A model generated the notes under the pieces. It made no database searches. It had not been told where the DNA came from and saw only the letters and a program-made list of their open reading frames with translations. Both the position numbers and the translations under genes were made by a program. Shown here one piece after another: positions 8,389 through 17,908 of a stretch of 32,000 nt of DNA. Numbering within the stretch: the first letter of the stretch is position 1; every line of letters begins with the position of its first letter. Source of the stretch: Psychrobacter sp. DM4 (GTDB lineage Bacteria; Pseudomonadota; Gammaproteobacteria; Pseudomonadales; Moraxellaceae); contig NZ_CP195536.1 in the NCBI RefSeq assembly GCF_051307035.1, positions 2,400,001-2,432,000 on the forward strand, read 5' to 3'.

Positions 8389-9852
8389 TCATTCATCTAT
8401 CATGAGTACCGCATTACGCACATCGGCGAGACGCTGTATGAGGGAGTCGTTGCCTCCATCAAATATAGCGCATTCACGCTCATAGACTGTCGTTGGGCGC
8501 TGGACGCTTTTGACTTGCACATGGGTTGCGATCTGCTTGAGACCTATGCTTGGCAAGAGAATAAGCATTTGCTCTTTGGTGCCGATACTCTCAAGTAGTT
8601 GCGTCATAGCGGGCGTTTGAGCATTGTCACTCACGCCCGCTTTGGCGGATAAAGCAAAACGTGATAGCTCGATATGTTTATCATGAATGATTTTGTTTAG
8701 CATAAGATACAGTTTGGCGAGCATCACGCCCGCTAGCGCGACTTTGGCGTGGCTGTTGTCCGCTTTTAGGGTAGCACTTGCTGCGCCATGCTCATCAAAA
8801 TGTGGCTCGTTGGTAGCACTAACGCCCAGTAGCAATGGCAATTGTAATAACTCACTTATTGCTTGATTGAGGAGCTGAGTACAAAGTGCTAAATAAGGCA
8901 TACGCATCTCAGGCGCTAAGCGCTCAAGCATGTTAAATTCATCATGGAGCATAATCTGCACGGTGACGCTATCAAAAGCGCGAGCAGAAGACAGTCTTGT
9001 TGAACGACTTAACGTACCATTTGGCGCAGCAGTAATATCAGAATGCAGCTCTGTATCAGAGGTATTGCTAGGTGCTAAGGTCGTCTCAGTCTTAGCCGCT
9101 GTCGTCGGTACTGAGGTGCTCGATTCAGGATTTTGTTGCGACTTAAGATAAGCATTAAGCTCATCGTGAATGCTGGCTGCGCTAATAAGCTTTTTGGTGT
9201 CACTGACGTTATCGCTAGTGCTGAGGCTACTTTGCTCATTATCGCTAGGTTTTTGCTCTGACCCATCTACATTATTGATAGAGCGGCGATTGTATGTATT
9301 GTGCCCCTCTTGTCTATAGCGATCACGATGCAGATCCTGAATCTCTTGACTCAGTGCATTAATTTGCGCTTTGGTTGGGCGGGCGATATAACCATAGAGC
9401 AACCACAAAAACAGATGTAGTAGCAGTGAGCCGATGACAAACGGCCATTGCATAGCGATAATCTCACCTTTGCTAATGTCCTTTAAGGTCAATGCCACGC
9501 TACCGATGACCGCGTCGCCTTTGGTCGCCATCTTGCGAATAGTATCACCTTGTTGCATAGGCGCATTGCCGACAGGAACGAGTAGCTCGTCGTTACTATC
9601 TTTGATCACGATACGTGCCACATCTTGTTCACTAGTATAACGATTAGCAATGACGCTTAAGCTCACGCGGTCTTCATTTTCTAAAGACAATCTAGCCTCA
9701 TCAATGAGCTGGGCAACCATTCGCTCACCTTTTTGCGCTCGGCTTTTGGACAGCTGCTGATCGGTACTAATGACCAATAGTAGAGTCTGCAAACAAAAAC
9801 TGACCAGAATAATAATGGCAAACAACCCTTGCCGCGGCGCTAAATACATCAT
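8389..9852 (-). CDS. Smp/AhpA/YtjB-like membrane protein with a long low-complexity linker and an extra C-terminal domain
   Basis: The track ORF extends to 9921. The Met-Met at 9852/9849 sits directly before the first TM helix (MMYLAPRQGLFAIIILVSFCLQTLLLVI), so I prefer it as the start. The topology is TM, then about 110 aa of loop, then a second TM (WPFVIGSLLLHLFLWLLYGYI). That matches Smp/YtjB. The gene is divergent from serB, as ytjB(smp)-serB is in E. coli. The residues after TM2 (about 300 aa) have no counterpart in the 214-aa E. coli protein. Confidence 0.55.
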   Translation of the reverse strand: MMYLAPRQGLFAIIILVSFCLQTLLLVISTDQQLSKSRAQKGERMVAQLIDEARLSLENEDRVSLSVIANRYTSEQDVARIVIKDSNDELLVPVGNAPMQQGDTIRKMATKGDAVIGSVALTLKDISKGEIIAMQWPFVIGSLLLHLFLWLLYGYIARPTKAQINALSQEIQDLHRDRYRQEGHNTYNRRSINNVDGSEQKPSDNEQSSLSTSDNVSDTKKLISAASIHDELNAYLKSQQNPESSTSVPTTAAKTETTLAPSNTSDTELHSDITAAPNGTLSRSTRLSSARAFDSVTVQIMLHDEFNMLERLAPEMRMPYLALCTQLLNQAISELLQLPLLLGVSATNEPHFDEHGAASATLKADNSHAKVALAGVMLAKLYLMLNKIIHDKHIELSRFALSAKAGVSDNAQTPAMTQLLESIGTKEQMLILLPSIGLKQIATHVQVKSVQRPTTVYERECAIFDGGNDSLIQRLADVRNAVLMIDE

Positions 9853-10129
9853 GATAGAGTAAACTTTTTTGAGTAAGGGAAGGTAAAAAACGAAGCTAAT
9901 GCTCGTTTTGAAAAAAGGCATCTACGGTTATAACGCTATAAAAGTCAGCCATTATAAATTATGGCTACTATATCACTATCGTAGTCATTATTGCGTGAGC
10001 TACCATGATAAATTTATCGAAAAACATATTTTACAGTCGCGCTTTACTTTTTATCTCCTCTATAGGCGCTACGCTGTAAAGCTGTTATTATTCCCAATCT
10101 TATATGAGCATACAAGGGACAATTGAGCC

Positions 10130-11317
10130 ATGCCAAAAAATACGCCTTACTCGTTACCAAAAGACAGCAAAGCATGGCAGCAAGCCGTTGACTCCATTGC
10201 CTCCTTATTACCTAAAGACACGCATCTTCAAGATTTTGACACCTTGCAATCACTGCCTGTCTTTGCCCTTATTGTCGTATTGCCTACTGATATGCCAACG
10301 CTTGATATTCATCACTATGTGCAATCTTGGGTAGATGAGCAGCCCAACTGGCATCTAGTCACTGTCGCTGAAGACACGCAGGCGCGTTTTGTAGAAGTCG
10401 CTATCGACGATACAGATACCACCCAAGCAATTGCTCGTCCGCCTTTTGTCTTAGCGCAGGTATATCGCTACTTGCTCGTACCCGTGACAGATACTTTAAT
10501 GCACCCAGCCAAGACTACGGCGGCAGCTCATATCATTGATGATCAGCTGACTACTCGCCTGCGTCATGATTTGAGCGAGAGCTATAATTTGGCGACAGAC
10601 AATAACACTCAAACAGACAGCGTAGAGCTCATCGATTGTCATATCCTCTCTGTCGGTCATATGCTACGCACTCACAAGTTAGCTTGTTTTGATATGGACT
10701 CAACCTTGATCGAACAAGAGGTTATTGTGGAGCTGGCAAAGGTCGCAGGCGTTGGCGAGCAAGTTGAGGCGATCACCGAAGCAGCTATGCGCGGCGAGAT
10801 AGATTTTGATGAGTCTTTCGTTCAACGTGTGGCTCTATTACAAGGTCTATCAACGGATGTTTTGGATGATATTTGTACACGCCTGACGCTGTCGACAGGT
10901 GCGCGCGCCACGATCAGCGCGCTCAAGGCTCTGGGCTACCATACGGTACTGGTATCGGGCGGATTTACTTACTTTGCTCAGTATATCGCCGAGCAATTGG
11001 GTATTGATGAGGTACATGCCAATCATCTAGATATCGAAGACGGCGAGGTTACTGGTCATATACAGCTGCCTATCGTCAATGGTAGCAAAAAAGCCGCTAT
11101 CGTGGCTCATACCGCAGAGCGCCTAGGACTTGCCATGTCACAGGTAGTCTGCGTTGGTGATGGTGCAAATGATCTACTAATGATGGCAGATGCTGACCTA
11201 GGCGTTGCCTATCGCGCCAAACCCATCGTCCAGGCGCGTGCTGATGCAGCGATCAATATCACAGGCCTTGAGGGCGTCCTATACGCACTAGGCTATCCCG
11301 CCTTTGTTCCTGCTTAG
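10130..11317 (+). CDS. serB: phosphoserine phosphatase
   Basis: The ORF is 395 aa. HAD motif I is FDMDSTLIEQEVI. Motif III/IV is VCVGDGANDLLMM, followed by GVAYRAKP. An N-terminal regulatory-type extension of about 180 aa is present. Confidence 0.9.
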   Translation: MPKNTPYSLPKDSKAWQQAVDSIASLLPKDTHLQDFDTLQSLPVFALIVVLPTDMPTLDIHHYVQSWVDEQPNWHLVTVAEDTQARFVEVAIDDTDTTQAIARPPFVLAQVYRYLLVPVTDTLMHPAKTTAAAHIIDDQLTTRLRHDLSESYNLATDNNTQTDSVELIDCHILSVGHMLRTHKLACFDMDSTLIEQEVIVELAKVAGVGEQVEAITEAAMRGEIDFDESFVQRVALLQGLSTDVLDDICTRLTLSTGARATISALKALGYHTVLVSGGFTYFAQYIAEQLGIDEVHANHLDIEDGEVTGHIQLPIVNGSKKAAIVAHTAERLGLAMSQVVCVGDGANDLLMMADADLGVAYRAKPIVQARADAAINITGLEGVLYALGYPAFVPA

Positions 11318-11335
11318 ATGATATAGCTTCCAGAT

Positions 11336-11368
11336 AGCTAGAGTGGCTATTAGTTAGCTACTCTAGCT
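11336..11368 (+). terminator. strong hairpin downstream of serB (terminator-like, no U-tract)
   Basis: AGCTAGAGTGGCTA (11336-11349) pairs with TAGCTACTCTAGCT (11355-11368). The stem is 14 bp with one G-U pair and a 5-nt loop. It lies 19 nt after the serB stop. No T-run follows, so its function is uncertain. Confidence 0.35.
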
Positions 11369-11438
11369 GGTGACTGCTTATACTTCTCATTACTTTTAAT
11401 GGTTAGACGCCTACTTTGTCACTCAAAATTCTAAAGGA

Positions 11439-12470
11439 ATGTCCATGACGGCATCACCCTCACCGCGACCAGATACCCCGTCGACTGATACAACTTCAAA
11501 TGCTTCTCTAGATACTCATTTAGACTCTGATTTGGATACTCAGCCTATATATGACGACAGCCCAAAGCAGTTACTCGGCGTGTACGTCAAAGGTATCGCT
11601 ATGGGCGCCGCCGACATTGTACCGGGGGTGTCTGGCGGCACCATAGCGCTGATATCAGGTATTTATGAGCGTCTTATTAATGCTATTAGCCGTATTGGCC
11701 CTAGTCTGTGGGGCGTGTTCTGTCAGCGGGGCGGTATCAAAGGTTTAGTTGACATTTGGCGTGAGGTTGATGCGACTTTTTTGGTGTGTCTGCTCCTAGG
11801 TATTATCACCAGCTTTATCACTTTAGCGGGCATGATCAAGCATTTATTAGACAATCAGCCTCTGTTTATTTGGTCGTTTTTCTTTGGCTTAGTAGCCGCA
11901 ACGGTCGTCATTTTGCTCACGGAGATCAAACGCTGGACTGTAGGGCGAGCCAGCTTATTTGTTATCGGTCTGGTAGTCGCCGTTGGCGTGAGTAGTTTGC
12001 CGCTGCTTCATTCAGCACCAAGTCTACCCTATCTATTCTTTGCTGGTGCCATCGCTATTTGCGCGATGATACTGCCTGGTATTTCAGGCTCATTTATCTT
12101 GCTTTTACTTGGTGCTTATGACGCAGTATTGGAAGCGGTCAGTACGATGAATCTCACCGTCATATTGACGGTGGTCGCTGGTATGGCAACGGGGCTATTA
12201 CTGTTTACGCGCGTACTCAAATGGCTATTGTCACGCTATTATCAGGCAACCTTAGCGCTGCTGACAGGCTTTATTGCAGGTTCGCTAGTCAAGGTATGGC
12301 CATGGAAAATATCGATAGCGAGCGCTTTAGATAGCGAGGCGATACGCAATGTCATGCCCTGGCAGTACCCTACTGGCGCGCAGTGGCTCACAACCTTAAG
12401 TTTGATGCTGTTAGGCGCAGTACTAGTGTCTTTATTGTCTTGGTGGGGACATCAAAACAATAGAACATAA
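11439..12470 (+). CDS. DUF368 family membrane protein (family implicated in polyprenyl/undecaprenyl-phosphate recycling)
   Basis: The ORF is 343 aa. The duplicated DUF368 signature is present: GAADIVPGVSGGTIALISGIYERL and MILPGISGSFILLLLGAYD. The first 45 aa or so are S/T/D/P-rich low complexity. AAGGA at 11434-11438 favours the second ATG (11445) as the start. Confidence 0.8.
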   Translation: MSMTASPSPRPDTPSTDTTSNASLDTHLDSDLDTQPIYDDSPKQLLGVYVKGIAMGAADIVPGVSGGTIALISGIYERLINAISRIGPSLWGVFCQRGGIKGLVDIWREVDATFLVCLLLGIITSFITLAGMIKHLLDNQPLFIWSFFFGLVAATVVILLTEIKRWTVGRASLFVIGLVVAVGVSSLPLLHSAPSLPYLFFAGAIAICAMILPGISGSFILLLLGAYDAVLEAVSTMNLTVILTVVAGMATGLLLFTRVLKWLLSRYYQATLALLTGFIAGSLVKVWPWKISIASALDSEAIRNVMPWQYPTGAQWLTTLSLMLLGAVLVSLLSWWGHQNNRT

Positions 12471-12651
12471 GCCGTTATTTGTGCGTTATCGGCGCTATGC
12501 TTTGCTCAGAGTACGCTGTAGCTGACTGGCTATTATTACCCTTAAATCAGACGTCAACGGTTGTCGCAAAGTCGCCTTACTACCCTTCTACTTTGTCCAT
12601 TTTGCTCTCATAATAGGGTTATTGAAATTCACCTTATGACAAGCGAGATGA

Positions 12652-13041
12652 ATGATGTTGTTGACTATATTTTCTTTTGATGCGCTGAGTATGAACACTA
12701 ATGCTCTGCTAGGCTTAGGTCTATTAGCAGGTTTGGTTGTGACGTTGGCTCTATCCTCACAGCGCTGGCTGCTGTGGTATTTACTAGGTGGCATGGGATA
12801 TTGGCTCGCGGTTGAGGCCATTAATACTCTAGTATCGAGCTGGTTTGTGTTCACTGAATGGCACAGTTATGTACTCGCGATGGGTATCAGTTGGGTGCCA
12901 TTAGGCCTATGGGTACTCTACAGAGCGCTGCGATACGAAGATGTGAGCATGGCTTTGCAGCAGCAGCGTGAGCTTGAGGCGGCACGTTACGTTGAGCATA
13001 GTCCTGTCTATGATGATGACTACACGCCGCGTTTTCAGTAA
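12652..13041 (+). CDS. hypothetical small membrane protein
   Basis: The ORF is 129 aa with 3-4 hydrophobic helices (ALLGLGLLAGLVVTLAL, WLLWYLLGGMGYWLAV, VLAMGISWVPLGLWVLY) and a charged C-terminal tail. I recognise no family. The start may be the internal MNTNALL. Confidence 0.5.
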   Translation: MMLLTIFSFDALSMNTNALLGLGLLAGLVVTLALSSQRWLLWYLLGGMGYWLAVEAINTLVSSWFVFTEWHSYVLAMGISWVPLGLWVLYRALRYEDVSMALQQQRELEAARYVEHSPVYDDDYTPRFQ

Positions 13042-13074
13042 TTTGTTTTAGCCATCAATTTTCAGTCACCAAAT

Positions 13075-13113
13075 CATATTTCCAAACCATATTTCCAAAC
13101 CATATTTCCAAAC
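13075..13113. repeat. perfect tandem repeat, 3 x 13 bp (CATATTTCCAAAC)
   Basis: The three copies, read directly, are at 13075-13087, 13088-13100 and 13101-13113. They are identical. The repeat is intergenic, 34 bp after the stop at 13041 and 150 bp before the ATG at 13263. Confidence 0.95.
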
Positions 13114-13262
13114 TTGGTATTCAAAACTGTTTTGAGCTTCTATTTATAATGTATTGTTATTAGGCTATTGCGTTGTGACGTAATAGACACGAATCGTTAA
13201 TACTTCAGTGACATGATTATAGTAAAATATGCATCATTTTACCTCTCACTAGGAGTTCATCT

Positions 13263-13769
13263 ATGTTTACGGTTCCTGTTCTAGATATCAAATCTGATCC
13301 ATTAGACGTGTTATTGGCTATCGTTGGTTATCGCTTATCTATGCTTGCTGATAGCGATAACGAAGAGTTCAAAGCCTTGTTAGCAGATCGCAACGTCACT
13401 ATTGAGATTGCTAGTCAAGAGTCAGATATCGCCCGTTATTTTACTTTTGATAATGGACAGTTCAGTCAGCGTAGTGGTCATGCAGAAAAAGCGGACCTGA
13501 CTATTAGCTTCAAAGATTCAATCACAGGTGTGAAGTTATTGACTAAAGGCAGCTTGCCTGCTTTTATGACAGCGGTTCAAGAAGGCAACCTAAGCATCGA
13601 GGGCGATTACAGCTTGATGATGTGGTTCAATAAACTAGCCAAACACATCGTCCCTACGATTCCAGAAGAGCTTAAGCCTTACATTCAAAAGGCTAAACCT
13701 TACGCTTACAAAGCTCAGCAGTTCGCTGGCCATTGGTTTGGCGTCGCCAAGCACAAAATCGGTAAATAA
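13263..13769 (+). CDS. SCP2 sterol-binding-domain protein
   Basis: The ORF is 168 aa with a good RBS (TAGGAG 8 nt upstream). It follows the SCP2-like pattern: ...ADLTISFKDSITGVKLLTKGSLPAFMTAVQEGNLSIEGDYSLMMWFNKL... Confidence 0.6.
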   Translation: MFTVPVLDIKSDPLDVLLAIVGYRLSMLADSDNEEFKALLADRNVTIEIASQESDIARYFTFDNGQFSQRSGHAEKADLTISFKDSITGVKLLTKGSLPAFMTAVQEGNLSIEGDYSLMMWFNKLAKHIVPTIPEELKPYIQKAKPYAYKAQQFAGHWFGVAKHKIGK

Positions 13770-13809
13770 AGGAAAAGCGTTAATCGCTAACGCTCTGGTG
13801 TTATCAAAA

Positions 13810-13846
13810 GGTTGCGGTATACTACGAGTATCGCAGCCTTTTTTGT
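13810..13846 (+). terminator. rho-independent terminator of the SCP2-domain gene
   Basis: GGUUGCGGUAU pairs with AGUAUCGCAGCC as an 11-bp stem including G-U wobbles, so the structure is specific to the + strand. TTTTTT follows immediately at 13839-13844. The hairpin lies inside the spurious 5' extension of the bioB track ORF. Confidence 0.7.
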
Positions 13847-13967
13847 GGCATATATAAAGGCTGTGCCTACTAAGAATAAAGCTTATACCATTGACGCTCA
13901 TGTCGTTATTACATCTAAGCGTATTTACACTTATCTGTGTTGGATACATCATAAAGGATCTTTACTC

Positions 13968-15080
13968 ATGGCAGGATTACTTAACATCTCAGAACCTAGC
14001 ATCTCAAACTCTAGCATAGAAACTAGTAGCAGTAGCTTAAATGACAGATCACTTGTTAAACCTAGCCGTGAACACATTGCGCAGTTATTCGATTTACCTT
14101 TAATGGACTTATTGCTACAAGCTCAGACTACCCATCGACAGCATTTTACAGCCAATGAAGTTCAGATCAGCACTTTGCTCTCTATCAAGACAGGCAACTG
14201 TCCTGAAGACTGTGGCTATTGCTCGCAGTCCGGTCATCACCGTGAAAAGACTGAGCTACAGGCAGAAAAACGTCTAGATGTTGAGAAGGTCATTGCTGCG
14301 GCCAAACGCGCCAAGGCGACAGGCTCATCGCGGTTCTGTATGGGCGCTGCATGGAAGCATCCAAGCGCTAAAGACATGCCTTATGTCGTTGAGCTGGTCA
14401 AAGAAGTTAAAGCTTTAGGGCTTGAAACCTGCATGACCCTTGGAATGCTTGACTCCAATCAAGCTACGCAATTGGCAGATGCCGGACTTGATTACTACAA
14501 TCACAACTTAGATACTTCAAGACGCTACTACGAACAAGTCGTCAGCACGCGCAGCTATGATGAGCGCCTTGATACTATTAGTCATGTACGCAATTCTGGC
14601 ATTAATGTCTGTAGTGGTAATATCGTCGGTATGGGTGAGAGCCGCGAGGATCGAGTAGACTGGCTGTATGAGCTGATAAAGATGTCAAAAGCGCCTGAGT
14701 CTATACCCGTCAATCTACTCGTGCCAATTAAAGGCACGCCTATTGGTGATAAGGTACTCGCTGACGGTGAGCTGTCCGTTATGGAATGGATACGCACGAT
14801 TGCGGTGACTCGTATATGTTGCCCTACAAGTTACGTACGTTTGTCTGCAGGACGTGAAAGCTTGTCTGATGGTGAGCAGGCGCTAGCCTTTATGGCAGGT
14901 GCCAACTCGTTCTTTTATGGCGATAAGCTACTTACTACTGGTAATGCCAGTCAAGCCAGTGACAACAGACTCATGCAAGAGCTAGGCTTGAGTGCGCAAC
15001 TCGCCGCGCCAAGGACTCCCAAACACGTACCCGTATTAGATGTCATGAGTGGTCAGCAGTTGCATGTACTTGCTGAGTAG
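13968..15080 (+). CDS. bioB: biotin synthase
   Basis: The radical-SAM motif [11 protein letters not shown] is present. The rest matches BioB ([30 protein letters not shown]). I place the start at the ATG at 13968 (MAGLLNIS...), which has AAGGA 10 nt upstream. The track ORF start at 13812 would overlap the upstream terminator. Confidence 0.92.
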   Translation: MAGLLNISEPSISNSSIETSSSSLNDRSLVKPSREHIAQLFDLPLMDLLLQAQTTHRQHFTANEVQISTLLSIKTGNCPEDCGYCSQSGHHREKTELQAEKRLDVEKVIAAAKRAKATGSSRFCMGAAWKHPSAKDMPYVVELVKEVKALGLETCMTLGMLDSNQATQLADAGLDYYNHNLDTSRRYYEQVVSTRSYDERLDTISHVRNSGINVCSGNIVGMGESREDRVDWLYELIKMSKAPESIPVNLLVPIKGTPIGDKVLADGELSVMEWIRTIAVTRICCPTSYVRLSAGRESLSDGEQALAFMAGANSFFYGDKLLTTGNASQASDNRLMQELGLSAQLAAPRTPKHVPVLDVMSGQQLHVLAE

Positions 15081-15179
15081 CTCATTTGAGCTGCTAAGTT
15101 GATACCAATCAATTCACAACAGTATCATTCGGTAATTTGCGCTAAGCTTTGCCGTTTATAAAAGGGTACGAGAACAATT

Positions 15180-15614
15180 ATGGCAGAGTACTTTAACTGG
15201 ATTAAAGCGGCGCATATTATTTCTATGGTTTGCTGGTTTGCGGCGATTTTCTATTTACCGCGCTTGTTCGTTTACCATGCGATGAGTGAGGATAAGATTA
15301 GCCAAGATCGCTTTGTTATTATGGAGCGCAAACTGTATCGCGGTATTATGACGCCTGCGATGATTGCGACTTGGATATTTGGCGTTTGGATGGTGGTACT
15401 TGGCTGGGAGGTGTACAAGACTCAAGGCTGGCTACATATCAAAATAGCCTTGGTCGTTCTACTGACTATCTATCACGCGGCTTGCGGGTTTTATCGCAAA
15501 AAACTGGTCGATACTCCGCAGTATAAGACCCACAAATTCTGGCGCTGGTTCAACGAAGTACCTGTTTTTGGTTTGGTGATTATCGTCATTTTGGTCGTCG
15601 TAAAACCCTTTTAA
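15180..15614 (+). CDS. hemJ: protoporphyrinogen IX oxidase HemJ (UPF0093)
   Basis: The ORF is a 144 aa membrane protein with 4 TM helices. The N-terminus WIKAAHIISMVCWFAAIFYLPRLFVYH is the conserved HemJ signature. Confidence 0.85.
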   Translation: MAEYFNWIKAAHIISMVCWFAAIFYLPRLFVYHAMSEDKISQDRFVIMERKLYRGIMTPAMIATWIFGVWMVVLGWEVYKTQGWLHIKIALVVLLTIYHAACGFYRKKLVDTPQYKTHKFWRWFNEVPVFGLVIIVILVVVKPF

Positions 15615-15643
15615 ACCGTATTGCACTCTCTCTACCTTCCATC

Positions 15644-15686
15644 AAAAAAAGCGTCCGTTCTCAGGTGAGTAACGGACGCTTTTTTA
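15644..15686. terminator. bidirectional rho-independent terminator
   Basis: GCGTCCGTT (15651-15659) pairs with AACGGACGC (15671-15679). AAAAAAA lies upstream and TTTTTT downstream. The hairpin sits between the convergent hemJ gene and the 15729 gene. Confidence 0.85.
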
Positions 15687-15728
15687 AGCTTAGCAAGTTT
15701 ATGGTTAACAAAAAGGTTCATTCTACTG

Positions 15729-16352
15729 TTAAATCGTTGGGCGCATAATTTGATAAACGTTGCTCAAATCATAAACTCGATAGCGCGCAGGCTCACGGCG
15801 ATTCTCGCCTGCATAGCTGAGTATGAGCGCCTCTTTTGCCGACTCATTGGTCCAGCCAACAAATAGCCCACTGTGCTCGACACCATTATAGCCATGATTG
15901 ATATAATACAGCCAATCACCCGCTTGGATATCGCTGCTGTTGGCATAAGGGCCTTGTCCATATTGTCCTTTGTGTATCGTATCGCGAGTCACGCCTGCAC
16001 GCTTAAATACGGCATCCAAATAGTCCCAGCAGCCGCCTTGGACGATGGTACGCTCATTGAGTGCCATGGTACGCGCTGTGCTGATTACTCCGCGGGCAGC
16101 AGGGCTACTTTGGGTTTCTGCAAGGCTCAATAAGGGTAGATATTCACTATCGACATTGTCATAATCTCCTGACAAAAATGCTGGCATTATCGCAGGCGCT
16201 TGACGCTGCATGATAGGATACTGGTAGGTAGAAGGAACAGTAGACGTAGATTTTTGAGCGATGAGTTGGCTCATGCTATCGGCATGAGCTGATGATAAAG
16301 CGGCAATCGGTAATAGCAAAACGCTGCATAAGTAGATAGACATACGCGGCAT
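15729..16352 (-). CDS. secreted protein, putative NlpC/P60-superfamily cysteine peptidase
   Basis: The ORF is 207 aa. A signal peptide is present (MSIYLCSVLLLPIAALSSAHA|D). The spacing of the candidate catalytic residues resembles NlpC/P60: Cys in QGGCWDYLDAVFKRAG, and His in GDWLYYINHGYNGVEHSGLFVGW. The family call is tentative. Confidence 0.45.
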   Translation of the reverse strand: MPRMSIYLCSVLLLPIAALSSAHADSMSQLIAQKSTSTVPSTYQYPIMQRQAPAIMPAFLSGDYDNVDSEYLPLLSLAETQSSPAARGVISTARTMALNERTIVQGGCWDYLDAVFKRAGVTRDTIHKGQYGQGPYANSSDIQAGDWLYYINHGYNGVEHSGLFVGWTNESAKEALILSYAGENRREPARYRVYDLSNVYQIMRPTI

Positions 16353-16577
16353 GACTTACTCCCTGTCAAAATATCGACATTAAATAATTTAATCTTACTT
16401 ATAAACTATTTATAGCTGCTGCTGCAAGTATTATTGATAATTGAGAGGCGATAAAAGGTCATAAAAAGCAGATAAAAGGTAGGAGTGGAACCTAGTAACT
16501 TGGTTGTAAAATGAAAGATTTAAGAGAGATTAGAGAGAAAGTATTAAGCAAAAAGATATATAGAAAAGGGTGATGGC

Positions 16578-17069
16578 TTATTGATCGCTCATTTTGATAT
16601 TAGCATGACGCTTAGTAACCGCTTGACCTTGCAATATGGCCTGAGTGGCTTTGGCCTCTTGTACACTATCAAAGCCACTAATATGGTATTTGCGCGTGCC
16701 CTCAGCGTCTAGTATCTGTAATTGCTCGCCAAACAGGGTGACTTTATCACTGATACTCAGCTCGATAGTGGCGCGCTTGCCTTGATTGTCGTGTATGAGC
16801 TTGCCAGCTTGCACCCATAAAGTCCCAGTACTGATAACCCCGCTTAAGGCAGCTTTGCGCTGTTGGCGTTGGCGATTAAAGATAAAGCTACCTACAATGA
16901 GTAAAGCCAATGCCCCAATAGATAGACGCTCTGATAATAGACTCATCGCCATAGCAACAGCTATCGCACCGATGAGTAGCGCGAACCCAAACCAAAACAG
17001 TCCGTTGTCCGCGACAGCAGGCGCACCTTGTAAAGTAATCTTTGCACCGTCATCAGTTAGCTTGAGCAT
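16578..17069 (-). CDS. hypothetical membrane protein (two TM helices plus a soluble C-terminal domain)
   Basis: The ORF is 163 aa. The TM helices are LFWFGFALLIGAIAVAMAMSLL and IGALALLIVGSFIF. A predicted beta-rich domain of about 90 aa follows. I recognise no family. Confidence 0.5.
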   Translation of the reverse strand: MLKLTDDGAKITLQGAPAVADNGLFWFGFALLIGAIAVAMAMSLLSERLSIGALALLIVGSFIFNRQRQQRKAALSGVISTGTLWVQAGKLIHDNQGKRATIELSISDKVTLFGEQLQILDAEGTRKYHISGFDSVQEAKATQAILQGQAVTKRHANIKMSDQ

Positions 17070-17136
17070 ACAAAAACACCTATCGCAATAAAAAAAAGAC
17101 AGCCAAACATAAGCTTAGCTATCCATAGTATTTATC

Positions 17137-17853
17137 CTACCAGCCAAGGGCTGTTTTTTGCATAGCTACCAGCTCGCTAATACCTTTTTCAGCGAGTATT
17201 AGCATATTGTCTGCTTGCACTCGGGTGAATGGCTTGTCCTCAGCCGTCCCTTGTAACTCAATGAACTCGCCTTTTTGGGTCATCACGACATTAAGATCGG
17301 TGTCACAGTTTGAGTCCTCTTCGTAGTTGAGATCCAAATAAGCTTCACCGTCTTTCATGCCGACGGAGACTGCGGCGACCAGACCGATAAGAGGATCGGC
17401 TTTGAGCTTTTTAGTTCTTTGAATACTCTCTAAAGCATCGATTAAGGCCACTGCGGCGCCCGTGACACTCGCGGTACGCGTACCACCATCTGCTTGCAAC
17501 ACATCACAATCAAGATAAATGGTATTCTCACCCAATTTACTCAAATCAATCATCGCCCGCAAGCTGCGACCGATAAGGCGTTGAATCTCTTGGGTACGAC
17601 CTGACTGCTTGCCACGAGCCGCTTCGCGCTGGTTACGGGTATTGGTCGCACGTGGCAACATACCATATTCAGCGGTAATCCAGCCTTTGCCCTTACCTTT
17701 GAGCCAACGCGGTATGCCTGACTCGACACTCGCCGTACACAACACTTTGGTATCACCAAAGCTGACTAATACTGAGCCTTCAGCATGCTTAGTGTAGTGA
17801 CGCTCAAAGCTAATGGTGCGAAGTTGGTTCAGCTCGCGGTTATCAATACGCAT
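17137..17853 (-). CDS. rph: ribonuclease PH
   Basis: The ORF is 238 aa. The sequence [44 protein letters not shown]...[19 protein letters not shown] is the canonical RNase PH sequence. AGGA RBS is present. Confidence 0.96.
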   Translation of the reverse strand: MRIDNRELNQLRTISFERHYTKHAEGSVLVSFGDTKVLCTASVESGIPRWLKGKGKGWITAEYGMLPRATNTRNQREAARGKQSGRTQEIQRLIGRSLRAMIDLSKLGENTIYLDCDVLQADGGTRTASVTGAAVALIDALESIQRTKKLKADPLIGLVAAVSVGMKDGEAYLDLNYEEDSNCDTDLNVVMTQKGEFIELQGTAEDKPFTRVQADNMLILAEKGISELVAMQKTALGW

Positions 17854-17875
17854 AAATATTCCTAAGGTAACGTTA

Positions 17876-17908
17876 TAAAAAGTGCAACGCTGTCACAAGT
17901 ACAGCGTT
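17876..17908 (-). terminator. probable terminator of the downstream fadD paralog, immediately upstream of rph
   Basis: On the minus-strand RNA, AACGCUGU pairs with ACAGCGUU (8 bp, 7-nt loop). GCAC and then UUUUU follow. The U-tract is offset by 4 nt, hence the moderate confidence. Confidence 0.4.

Noticed and set aside
9853-9921. 23-codon extension of the Smp-like gene (MPFFKTSISFVFYLPLLKKVYSI)
   Set aside because: It is AT-rich and phenylalanine-rich. The Met-Met at 9852/9849 immediately precedes the first TM helix, as in Smp/YtjB. This is not decisive, because neither start has a good SD.
13075-13113. CRISPR array
   Set aside because: The repeats are only 13 bp and directly abutting, with no spacers. 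No cas genes are present. No other candidate array exists in the window.
13812-13967. 52-codon 5' extension of bioB in the ORF track
   Set aside because: The extension would run through the rho-independent terminator of the upstream gene (13810-13846). The ATG at 13968 has a proper AAGGA RBS, and from that start the BioB sequence begins with a 50-60 aa polar leader before the conserved core.
13846-13967. BirA/bioO-type operator upstream of bioB (TTATTACA / TATTTACA motifs)
   Set aside because: The two TTTACA-like motifs are direct rather than inverted repeats, and they do not reproduce the TGTAAACC...GGTTTACA architecture. I cannot support a call.
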